A stretch of DNA of 64,000 nt, taken from the NCBI GenBank assembly GCA_977030845.1, contig OZ365115.1:36704001-36768000 (forward strand), written 5' to 3'. Under the pieces are notes generated by a model. It ran no database searches, was not told where the DNA came from, and saw only the letters and a program-made list of their open reading frames with translations. Below, piece by piece: positions 1-11,192 of the stretch. Numbering within the stretch: position 1 is the first letter of the stretch; each line of letters starts with the position of its first letter. The position numbers and the translations under genes are program-made. The DNA comes from Fimbriosthenelais zetlandica (lineage: Eukaryota).

Positions 1-420
1 ACAGACATGACCGGGTTTGCGGGTTTTCTTTACTTTATAATATCTAGTTTAACATCTAGTTTTAAGCCTGGTCTTCTAGACAATTTCAGGCCAAACAGAA
101 AACACAATTTTCGCTTTAGAGTTTACAATAAAGAGGACAAAAGTGTGATCAGGTTATGTACAATCTCAAGAAAGCAGAGTCAGATAAATTATATATAGGC
201 TACAGGAAACAAAAAACCCAAGGTGTGAGACTTATTATTTCTGATTATGTACATGGATATGGATCTATGATGTCTGACCCAAATCCTGCTCCTGCCAAAT
301 CTGAGATTTGTGTCACCATTATTACAACAGACATGTCCGCCACACAGGATGGGAACAGATACTCCCTGAGGGTGCTTCCCGGGAGCAGGGGGGGGGGGGG
401 GAATGTATGAAGCCTGGAAC

Positions 421-565
421 ACAATCATCCCATTCTCTATCCACCTCCATCCCAAAGTATTTTTCTAGTCACATCAAATGCTTGTAATTTAACAGTCCTT
501 TAGACAGGTAAGGGTAACCACTGACACAATTTAAATCATTGTATGCCATTAGAAACGGGAGATCA
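421..565 (+). mobile_element. Partial copy of the Kolobok-like MITE family (see 54407-54605)
   Basis: Shares the core CAAATGCTTGTAATTT-AACAG-CCTTTA-AC-GGTAAGGGTAACCACTGACACAATTT-AATCATT-ATGCCATTAGAAA with the copies at about 5.0, 54.5, 60.5 and 62.1 kb. Confidence 0.75.
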
Positions 566-1045
566 AATTTCAATGTTTCAACCTGTTTTATAGGATATAG
601 AATGACACACCCTCGTGTTCCAGTCACACCCAGACCTGTGGTCAACTGACAATATAAGAAACATAGGTACAGAGAGACCACATGGCCTGGTACACTGCCA
701 AATATAGATGTACAGATCTGACTGTATCACTGAATGAGTGGACACAGTGACTGACACCTGATCCTGATCACAAAGAACGTATTCATAAAGGTAGACAGCA
801 CGACTGAGGCTTTCTACACTCAGCTTGGGTCATAGATTGAGAAACAGGTTCAGAGGTAGGGCCCCAACCCAGAGCCAGGTACAAGAAAAAGTCCTGATGA
901 CCACAAAATCATTCTGGGCATTGTTCCGGGAATTCCTCCGCTTCCTTTCATATTAATTTCGAGTTGATTTTCCCCCACAGTTGCACGTAAATCGATGTAG
1001 TCCCGAGTTGTTAGCATTGTACACTGTGGGACTATATCAACTTAC

Positions 1046-1140
1046 ACGCCACCGTGAGGCAAGGCTGAGAACTAAACTACTCCGTCACTTCCGGTACACG
1101 CACACCCTGCGCATGCTCAGAGAGTAGGGCCACTTCCGGT
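1046..1140 (-). promoter_or_regulatory. Housekeeping-type promoter and probable non-coding first exon of a gene leaving the window to the left
   Basis: Two ETS/GABP motifs CACTTCCGGT (1086-1095, 1131-1140) flank an NRF1-like TGCGCATGC (1108-1116). A minus-strand donor GGCGT|GTAAGT lies at 1046/1045. No downstream coding exon was recognised in 1-1040. Confidence 0.45.
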
Positions 1141-3269
1141 GCTGAGTGACCCGTGGGTTATTTCCCCTGGTGGCTTCAGTTCACAAGTTGTTGCCAAGGA
1201 GCTAAAGAGTAAAGGATTGGAAGCTGAAATCAATAGTTTATATCGATATGGAAGTCATAGGTTATCTAAAAACATGTCATGTTCATATTGTATCTTGATG
1301 TCATATGAGATATGCCAGTACGTCGCTTGTAATTTCCGTTTGGTTTATATAATTTCTGGAAGCAATAAGAACTCAAATTGCAACTAGCCGTGATTGAACA
1401 TACATTATGGGTCAAACTAAGTAGCTTCAAACTTAGCTATTTCCCCTTAGATGTTTCATATGTTATGGGTGACAGTGTCAGAGAGAGAGAGAGGGAGGGA
1501 GAGTGAGAGATGGAGGGAGAAAGAAGATAGTAAATAGTAGATTTTACTGTAGAATTTAGGTACTTTCAGATGATATGAACAATTTATTGCTGTGATAAAG
1601 GGTGATCTGGTAGGGAAGAAATCAAAATGTCTCTAAACCACTGTGACAATGTCTAAGTTGTTAGTTTCTGATTTGAAAAGCGCGGGAAACGACCGTTTTC
1701 ATACCTCCAATTCAACTCAGGTTTACTATGGATTTCCCCATCGATTAGTAGTATCCCAGAGTGTATTAGAAAGTAAATTTCCTTGTCTTTCAGATGGTAT
1801 AAACCATTTATTGATGTGAGAAGTATGACTGTAGTTATGCCCCTGTAAAGTGGACATGTCTTGGGTTATGGTAGCGGGCGGGGACTCGCGGTATCAGAGA
1901 TCGTATTGTCATATTCTCCAGCCCCTTTAAGAGAATCTGAGGCTGCAAATTATCACATCAAACCACTCCGCCTCCTCTCCTACTAATCTCATTAGAAATG
2001 ATTCATTTCCCAGTCATATGTTTTCAGTACTCTACTTTTTCTAGTTCGATCAAAGGCATATGAATTAAGTCTATCCACCCGTGAGCACTTTGTATTGCTG
2101 TATTTTGCGTTTATAAAATCCAAGCATGTTCAATTATATTTTTGAGGGATTATAGCAAATAAACCTCAGACAAATACGACACAAAACAGTGACTCTAATA
2201 ACTTGGAAAGTCAGAAATTAAATTAGAATTGAAAATCAAATTTGAATCTAGAGAAAAATGTCATTGAAACTCGATGTAAACTTGTAAATGAAGGATGGAG
2301 GATCACTGCACAACAACAGGTCTACACTGCCTGGTGGGTGGCGTCTATATAGGAAATACAGTACTTAGTCATTCCGAAACTTTTAAAGTAGACTTACTTA
2401 ACAAATTATCTTCAATATTGAAACCATCACAGTAACTAATTGTTCCAGACATAAAATTATACAGGAACAAATAAATGTCAATTTAGAGGTGTCAAAAACG
2501 TCATGAGATATAAAGCCAATTAGGCCTTAAATGCAGTTTCTTGTACAATGTCAATATAGGATGCCATAATGATTATAATATTTTATATCGTCTATAGATT
2601 ATTTGCTGTCACCTGTTAGAGCTTATACTGACACCTGGACATATACTATTGTGAATTTACAAAAAAAAATGGAAAAAATGACCTAAAATCTCCAGGGGAA
2701 GGAATGTATGTGTCATCTCGTCAACACGTGATACACGAGAATATACGAGAGTTGTGAGAAGCACCCCCAGAGGAAACTCAAATATCTGCCAGACCCGTGT
2801 AAATGTTAAAACAGGGGTTAATAGGCCTCCCTATAGTCCACAGACAGAGGGAAGAGCGGGTGGGAAAAGGTTTTCATACAAAGACACAAAAATTCCTATT
2901 GAATATTGGTTTTACTACCTTATTAGTAGTTCTAGCAACAGTTCATCATATGGAGAAATATTGGATTTGGAGTAACCTATATGCCTGGAAGAGATAACTT
3001 AGAAATGTACTAAGAAATAGCCCCGAGCTAATGAAAACCATGGAATAAAATATAGTCAATATGGCAATATGAAAATTATGATAAAATACGGGACTGGGAA
3101 GAGGCACGGGGAGTCAGGCGGTACTCCGAGCCCCGGGGATCCGTGCATACATTACCTGCCTCATTTACATATTAAATGAGGCTGAGGAAGGTAGGTAGGA
3201 GGAAGGTAGGTACATATAGCCGGGGGCCACGTACCTGTTAGGTGCTGTACTACCGAGTTAACACCCGAG

Positions 3270-3830
3270 GCGAGGTGAGGGGGAGGTGGGGGGATGGGGA
3301 TGGGTTGGGGGAGGTGGGGGGAGGAGGGGGAGGTGAGGGGGATGGGGATGGGTTGGGGGAGGTTGGGGAGGTCGGGGAGAGGTGGAGGAGATGGGGACGG
3401 GTTGTAGGGAGGTGAGTGGGGATGGGGATGGGTTGGGGGAGAGGTGGAGGAGATGGGGATGGGTTGTGGGGAGGTCGGAGAGAGGTGGGGGAGGTGGGGA
3501 GATGGGGATAGGTTGGGGGGAGTTGGGGAGATGGGGATGGGTTGGGGGAGGTGAGTGGGGATGGGGAGGTATAGGGGGAGGTGGGGGAGGTGAGTGGGAG
3601 ATGGGGAAGGGTTGGGGGAGGTATAGGGGGAGGTCGGGGAGAGGTGGGGGAGATGGGGATGGGTTGTGGGGAGGTGAGGGGGGATGGGGGAAGGATTGGG
3701 GGAGGTATAGGGAGGTCGGGGATGGGTGGGGAGAGGTGGCGGGGATGGATATGGAGGGGTAGTGGTGGAGGTTGGTGGGAGGGCGTGACAGGGGAAGGGG
3801 AGGTAGGGATGGGAGGGAGAATTGAAGGAG
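3270..3830 (+). repeat. G-rich minisatellite (GGGGAGGTGGGGGAGATGGGGATGGGTT-like units), potential G-quadruplex array
   Basis: About 560 bp of degenerate tandem units with continuous G3-G5 runs on the + strand. Followed by a (GGGAAGAGGGGAA)n-type run at about 3871-3935. Confidence 0.9.
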
Positions 3831-4741
3831 GAGAGACGTATGTATGCATAGAAAAGAAAGGGAAGTGGGGGTGGGAAGAGGGGAAGGGAAGAGGGGAAGG
3901 GAAGAGGGGAAGGGAAGAGGGGAAGGGAAGAGAGGATGGGCAAACTAAATACAGAGGAAAGGAGGAAAGCTTGCTTTAGCCACCTGCCAAAAGCTGCCTC
4001 AGCAATTGCAATCTTTACTATACTACATTCTTGATATCATTTTCGCATTTTAAAAATGGAAAAAACAAATCATGATTAAAGAAGATGCAAAAATGTTCAC
4101 CCAGTCCCTGGATTAGATGTTTAAAATCTGACAAAGAAAGATTGCCCGTGTGGAGATGTAAGGACTGTTCTCTCTACAGTGTTCATTTATCATTGCTACA
4201 GCGCTGTGTGCGGCGCTTTATTAAACTAATTACACTCTATCACTGATTAGAGCACCTTAAAGTAGTCTACACTAATGGCCTTTACTTCACACATTCCCCA
4301 CCAGATGGCCACCGGATCTCTACTCTCTGTCGACCCATGTACTAATGTAAAGTAATGTATTATATATGTTCTTGAATCTCAAGTGTTCTCTAACTCTCTA
4401 CTCACTAATGTACATGTATAGTAATTTTTAACGTAAAGATGTGCTATGGAAAGGATCTACAGTGGTAAGTTTATAGCTTAAGTATCTCATGAAAAACATC
4501 CCGTACTTATTATACATGTACTAATGGTCCAGGTGCAACTGGACATTATTATTGCCAAAATGTTGGTAATCAAATTCCTCCACTCCCTACTCTCATAGCA
4601 ATTGCCCTTGATTGACATTGTCAGAATCCAAGATGGCCGCCAAAATGGCGGCTGGAAACGAACTTTTGGGTCAGACAATTCTGGTACAACAGCTCAGTAT
4701 TATAGACTTAATGTTGTAGGATCAGCCTCCATGTTTATGGG

Positions 4742-4810
4742 ACCTGGAGCCTGTTTCAAAACAAATAAATTAGCCATAGACTTAATATTCCTTTTGAAAC
4801 AGGCCCTGGT
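4742..4810. mobile_element. Short MITE-like hairpin element (TIR GCCTGTTTCAAAA)
   Basis: GCCTGTTTCAAAA ... TTTTGAAACAGGC inverted repeat. The same TIR recurs at 14855-14896. Confidence 0.5.
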
Positions 4811-4974
4811 GATGGGAAGAATGCAGTGTAGAGTTGAGGTGTTGTTTTATAACAATAAAAGTGAGCGGTCTGTGGATGAGACTGACTGGATTATTATGAT
4901 GGATCAGTGACGGATGTCCGCACCTCTACACCTCACATTAATCACATTAATCACACAATCACAATAAAACCACG

Positions 4975-5163
4975 ACTACACTGATCCCATTCTCCATCCG
5001 AATGATACTATATTTCTATTCACACCAAATGCTTGTAATTTTAACAGACCTTTACACCTAGGTAAGGGTAACCACTGACAATATTTCAATCATTAGATGC
5101 CATTAGAAATGGTGGATCGGATGGCGACGGGTTGACAATCGGATTAGTGTGTTGGCTCCTTAG
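4975..5163 (+). mobile_element. Near full-length copy of the Kolobok-like MITE
   Basis: Aligns by eye along its length with 54407-54605, including the right end GATTAGTGTGT-GGC-CCTT. Confidence 0.8.
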
Positions 5164-6384
5164 ACCTCCTCACTATATCCAATCATTTGCTAGCACCATT
5201 AGGAACATCACAACTCAAAACTCAAACTAATATAATGTGTCTTTTCTGACTGTCATTGCAGGTTTTTGATTGATCAGATGTTTTTCTAAATTTGTTTATA
5301 TTTTGTTTTCCAATGTGCTAATTGAAAGGGCCGAGATGCATTAAATGTACATAATGAATATATCAATAACGCCATTAATAACTAGGCTAGTTATGAATGA
5401 GAATAATAACCTACCTGCTCTAAGGCTCAGGCCCCCTTCCTCACTTTTTGCCTTGCACCCGCCTACTGATAAACTGCCTAATGCCAGCCTAACTTTTACT
5501 TCAAAATTCCATTTAAAAATTCAAAATTCTGAATGTTAATTAGTGTCATGATATCTGATTCAAAAAGAGCCAATCAGGTGGCTGGCAGGTCCGTTGCCAT
5601 GGAGGATTAAATAAATTGCTGGGAGGTTTGTAGAAATGCCTGAAGGTATTTTCCACTTGTCTTATACCTGCCACAGGTGGATTGTCAAACTAATTTACAT
5701 AAGAAGCTCATCTTCCCAGGTGAGGATGCTGTGTGTGGGTGTGACATATGGTCATTAGCATTTTATGACGGTTTAAACATGTCCTTTGGATATATTATTT
5801 GGATATATTATTTTATATAGTATTAACAATAGGTTAACACTGTGTGGTGGACTGGCCATTCATGATTAAAATGAAAACATGACATTGTAAAGCTGGTATT
5901 GGAGCCGTGTTCAGCAGCGACCATTATTCATAATAAAATCACATTACAAGTCCAGCCGTGCCAAGGTGGCCTACTTAAATCCATATTCATCAACTTATTA
6001 GTTTATTCCATATTAAAATCTTGCTTTTTCTTATTTCGTTATGGCACAGACTTGTCTGAGCATGACTTGCATATGAAATGTTTCATTTGCACTTCTTCCC
6101 CGCGACACCGGAAGGAATGCCCCCTGGCGGGATGGCCGGGAGGTGAGAGGAAGTCCGTCCTCTACAGGAGGCCACGGACACTAGTGGACGGTGGTTGTAA
6201 CTGGTAGTGAATTCTAATGTTCTACTCCTCTCTCTCTCTCTCTCTCTCTCTCTTTTCCCATTCATAAATATCAAACTAATCATTCTGTCCTAGTCTACAC
6301 ATTATTTTATGGCGGGCATGATGATGTTTTTATTCATTAGAAATTTCGCGACTATAACGATAGAAAAATAATATAGCAGAAAAT

Positions 6385-6463
6385 TAAAATTACAAGCATT
6401 TGAATAGAAATATAGTATCGGGTGGAGTCAGATAGAGAATGGGATGAGTGTGTGGGTAACTTT
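6385..6463 (-). mobile_element. Partial reverse copy of the Kolobok-like MITE (left end)
   Basis: AAAATTACAAGCATTTG-AATAGAAATATAGTATC...GAGAATGGGATGAGTGTGTGGGTAACTTTAA is the reverse complement of the family's left half. Confidence 0.7.
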
Positions 6464-8089
6464 AATATTGATGGTTGTCTGGATGAGTTGTATATGTGTT
6501 ATTAAGTAGTGAGAGGTTGGGATGTTAGTTCAGTAAAAGGAGCAGGTTAATAATTGACAGACAATGAGACAGGCGATCCGGGGAGTGGGGCTTCCTTACT
6601 ACCAGGGGCATGTGTCAAACAACACTGGAAGAGAGGTGGTGCCCCCAAAGCCACCCCAGGTTACCCGTCCCCAGGGGAATTAGACTGAAATACTTCTCTA
6701 TAGGTCTATTATACTTTAGAGGACTTTACTCTTCCATTCAATGTGAATAAGATCCTTCTATAATGCAGGATTGAGGTGTGGGGCTCACATGCATCTAATG
6801 TCCATAAAATGTTTCATAACAATAATATACATAAATTATTTCATAAAATATATCTGGGATCAGTTTCATCATCGTTTAGCACTTTAGAAGCCAATGCTCA
6901 TTGAATTGCTTGTGAAACGCTCCCCAAGGTCATAAACATGTTGTGACAGTTGAACCAAACTTTCCCATGGTCATTCACTCTAGCATTCCCATGAAATAAT
7001 GATCACTACAAGGTCGTCTCTGGGAAAAAACTTCCAGTTTCCCTTACCTTTCAAATGAGAAATTCTATAGTGTGTATGGCAGATTGGAAGTCCATCCTTG
7101 TAGTGATGAAAATCGTTATTTGTTCAGATTTTAATTTTAGATTTAGGGAAACATTTTAAATGAAATTCCTGTACTTGTTAATGTTCACATAAACTGTGAG
7201 ATGGGAATGTTTAATGAAGTCATAAAACTTAATACAATGTCAGAGTGAGGTCCATCTGTCCACGGAGGCGCAGGTAGCCTACTATAATATCATAATTCAT
7301 GTCTCTACACATACACATAGTCATTTATAACTTTGGATGATCGCCATTTCATTGAGGGAACTACGCACTTTCCTATTAATGTTATTTACTGGCCAGTCGA
7401 TTCTACAAATCCATACATGGGCTCGGAAGAGTACGCAAATAGATGGTACTCAAAAGGTACAGGCAATTGAACCAACATTCAAGCTAACTTGACTCAATTG
7501 CATTATGTAACTTTGAATTGATCAAATTGTGACTATCGAAACACACATTGTTGGTCTACACATACGTTCGGGTAGATCCACTGAGAACTTGAGGGCGAAG
7601 ACAAATCTTAAAACATCTCCATAAGGTTTTAAAGGCCTAATATAGCTCTAACTCATCCCTATATGAGGTAGATACACTGAGGTCTTAAGTGTCTAAGATA
7701 ACCCTTAAAGCACGATACATCCGCTGGAGTATATTAAGGGTCTAAGACAGTTCCTAGGGCTATACACAAGACCCTATACAAACAGTTCATATGGAAGCAT
7801 ATCAATCACTTAAAGAAAAGCCCATCTGTTACTGATTCTTCCAAGTTTAACTAATAAAATGAATACTCACAGGAAATCTGGAAAACCCTTTGTAGAGGTA
7901 CTCCTGATATGTCACTTCTCACTTGTCCGTTGACGGGGGCATCCTCCTCCTCCTCCAGCTTGGTTATCAAGCTGCTGGTCAAGTTCCTCCTTCCTTGCCT
8001 TGCTGTAACAACTCCATTGTTCTCTACCAGAGCACATTGTCCACATTCTGAATCCCCATCTCTCACTTCCTGCCACGGTCTCTCACTCA

Positions 8090-8094
8090 ATCTC

Positions 8095-8133
<39 letters not shown>

Positions 8134-8668
8134 TCCTTCTCCTCTCTCTCCCCTCTCTCTCTCCATCCCTCTCTTTTGCTTTTACACTCTACCTTTCTCT
8201 GTCCTTCCCTTTCTTTCTCCCAGACCATCTCAGCATTTCGCAATCTGTCCCTCACCTCTCTCTCCCTCTCTGTCTCTCCCTCTCTGTCTCTCCCTCCCTC
8301 CCTCTCTAATCTTTCAGCCCCTCTCTGCCCCTGTCTCTCTCTCTGTTTCTATCTCCCACTATCTCTGTCTCTGTCTCTGTCTCAATGTTTGCCCCTGTCT
8401 CCGTTCTCCCTCTATCTCTGCCCCTGTCTCCCTGTCTCTCTTCTCCTGTCTCTGTCAGTGGTCAGTATGAATGTGACCTATGGTCAGGCCTCTATCTCTG
8501 TCACCGTTCTCCCTCTATCTCTGCCCCTGTCTCTCTTCTCCTGTCCCTGTCAGTGGTCAGTATGAATCTGAACTGTGGTCAGGCCTCTATCTCTGTCTCT
8601 GTCTCCCTCTGTCTCTCTTCTCCTGTCTCTGTGAGTGGTCAGTATGAATCTGACCCTTGGTCAGGCCT
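8090..8668. repeat. CT microsatellite followed by three diverged 80-100 bp tandem units
   Basis: GTCAGTGGTCAGTATGAAT-TGA-CT-TGGTCAGGCCTC recurs at about 8454, 8549 and 8631, separated by CT-rich spacer DNA. Confidence 0.85.
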
Positions 8669-9555
8669 CGTCAGTGTTGTAGGATGCTGGTACACATCGT
8701 ATCATGGCAACTCCCGCCAAATGGCCGCAGGGCGTCCATATAAACATTCTACGCCAAGCTTTTATATCATTTCCATATTTTTAGCTTGACCCACTTACAG
8801 TACGTTTATAGCTAGCGTATTGGTCATCGATGACACCGTGCTGGCCTTCTTCAGATCTCTAAATTACATTTTACACTAATTATAACGATTCTATTTCCAA
8901 ATATTCTAAATGTATTTGGCTCTGATCATTCCAGCCTAAAGTTCCATCGTATCATTAAGGGTTAACGCTATGTATGATGGTTCTCTATATCCCATTGGCC
9001 TAAGATCATAAATTTATTTTTATTTGTTCAATTGGATGTGTAGAGAAAAAATACACTTATCGATGTGCGGTTAGGAGAAGATCGGGGGATCGTTTCATTA
9101 ACAGAATGCGCTACGTTATCCTACAGACTTAACATGGAATAATATATAGCATATCATTGTATGAAGCATGGCCAACAATGCATATTGCTACACGAGTTTT
9201 TAGTCAAACATCTTATCGTGAGAAAAATACACTGCCTTCAATTGATTAACATAGTCAGACTTTCTTATGAAACAATCCCCCGATCTAAATGTCATATAGT
9301 TTGGGTCCAAGTTTTCGTAACATTACCCTATAATAGACTCAATATAAACTGATGGAGCTAAAATTTTATGAAACATGCCCCAGAAGTCCGGAGTTATGGA
9401 AGGCCGTATTGACTCCTGTTGCCAGGCAACTGAATCACTTAATTTTAAGTAAAGTGTCATGTTTCTTTTCCTGTGCATAAAAACCAATGTTAATATAATA
9501 TCAGAGATAGTATAACATGACAACACAAACGCAGACAGTTTTTAGTATGTGTTTT

Positions 9556-9561
9556 TTTATT
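9556..9561 (-). terminator. Candidate TnT polyadenylation signal
   Basis: AATAAA on the minus strand with a GU-rich element (TGTCTGCGTTTGTGTTGTC) about 20-40 nt downstream, about 1.4 kb past the TnT stop codon. Confidence 0.45.
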
Positions 9562-10976
9562 CCAAGCCAAAAAATTAGGGCTGATTATGATGCAAGATCT
9601 ACATGTTGTGTAAATCTGACTCATTAATTTCTAATACAGATCGTGGTGATCTCATAGATTTAACAGTACCTCACAATCCCTAACACTGATCATTGTAGGC
9701 GAAAAACCACCTCTTACTGTACCCCAAATAGATGTCAGACAATGATAACATGTCGGCTATAATGTACTCCATGGGTATGGAATTATATGATTTTTACAAT
9801 ATTGTTTGTGAGCATTGTCGCGCCGTCTGTTGTCGTTTTATGTTCGTTTTATCCCTCTGTGCTGGCATCATTGTGTTAAGAAGTCTGTCCTTGTTTTAGG
9901 TTAGATGTAAACAGCCCCTGGCCGTTAAAATCCAACCCCCCGCTGGAAAATCTTACTAACTCTGAGCCGCCATTGCCAAAACAGCTCAGCTAAGTAAGAT
10001 ACTCCGTGCATGAACATAAACAGACGCTCTTAACGGATAAAAACCTCGAGGAGATCTTCCTCCTCGACTTCCTTCCCACCATGTTTGAAAATGTTACTTT
10101 GTTTTTCCATTTGTTTAGTCCATATACAGTTGTTACTGTCCTGGAAGCGAGCATTATGGGGCCTTCGTTCACAAAGTCTCCACTAGCCTCCTTCCCGTAT
10201 CCAAGATTTTGTACGGATCTGTGCAAAAAGAAATAATAAAATATTTTAGCAATGACCGGGATTAGTTAAAGACTAAGATACTAAAGATAAATATAGTACC
10301 TTATGACAAACTGTCTAAATCTATCGTATTTTACTTGAAGTTATATTAAAACAGATACAGAATGATAAAGATACATTATAAACAGGAATGTAAACATTCT
10401 TCACACATTCGTTAAACCATGCTGAGGGGAAAGGATACTTTAGTAATTACTGCTAAATACGAAACTAATGACCAAACTTCTGATCAAACAAAGTACCGTA
10501 GGGTGTTTAGTTTCAGAGCAGTGAACTCAAGGGCATTTCAAGGACATCCAAATTATAGCAAGGTCATGTCAAATGTTTCCATGGGCATCCAATGTGCATT
10601 CTACGTCATCCAATGTGCATTCCAGGTTGGGTTCTTGAGGAAGCTGTTTCCAAGGACACTCCAAGGTCACGTGCAAGAAAAAGCGTCTCTAAACGAATCA
10701 ATCTAACAATCCGGGACATGCAAGGCGGTCAGGGTATTTATGTAAGTGCGAGGAAAACTGAAAAGCTAAAGTGGAAATGGAATTCTAACTATTGTGTAGA
10801 TTCTTGAAACAATATTCCAGGCTTGGTTTCTGATGCACATTCCAGTGTTTGCTTCATGATCAATGCAGGATTCCAGTGTTGGTTTTGGGGGTAGCATTCC
10901 AAAGGTGGTGAAAATGTCACTCCAAAAGTGATAAAATAAAGCGTTCCGCACCAGAAGTTATGATGAATGTGTTGGT

Positions 10977-11192
10977 TTACTCTTCACCCTCGCCTTCCTC
11001 TTCTGGGGGCACCATGCCTTCGATGTCCTCGTAAGATGGTAGGCCAGTATTCTCGTCCCATAGCAGTCTACGGCAGGGCTGGATCTTTTCCGCTGGCATG
11101 ATCCAGGTAGGGCCGTGGAAGACTGTGTGTCGGGTTCCATAATCACGCTTATCCTGCTGGCGCTCAAATTTGCTGAACATTTCAACCTTTGA
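10977..11192 (-). CDS. TnT: TnT last coding exon (SKVEMFSKFERQQDKRDY...PPEEEGEGEE*)
   Basis: Acceptor ctccaattcag, phase 0, TAA at 10979-10977. The C-terminus resembles molluscan TnT (GLPxYEDI). Confidence 0.93.
   Translation of the reverse strand, partial: SKVEMFSKFERQQDKRDYGTRHTVFHGPTWIMPAEKIQPCRRLLWDENTGLPSYEDIEGMVPPEEEGEGEE

Noticed and set aside
2960-3002. E*PICLEEI, resembling the start of a RING finger
   Set aside because: Has a stop at the first Cys position and no further Cys/His ligands. Too short to support.
3161-3979. Long Pro-rich and Gly-rich ORFs (260, 199, 126, 132 aa)
   Set aside because: These are translations of the G-rich minisatellite. They are open in several frames on both strands and have no splice context.
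7851-8789. Ser/Leu-rich and ER-rich ORFs
   Set aside because: Mostly (CT)n/(GA)n microsatellite and tandem-unit translations.
9327-9470. 144-nt open AG...GT segment in phase 2 (KRNMTLYLKLSDSVAWQQ...)
   Set aside because: No troponin similarity, it lies beyond the candidate TnT poly(A) signal, and it contains a MITE-like terminal sequence (CTGGGGCATGTTTCATAAA). Probably a pseudo-exon.
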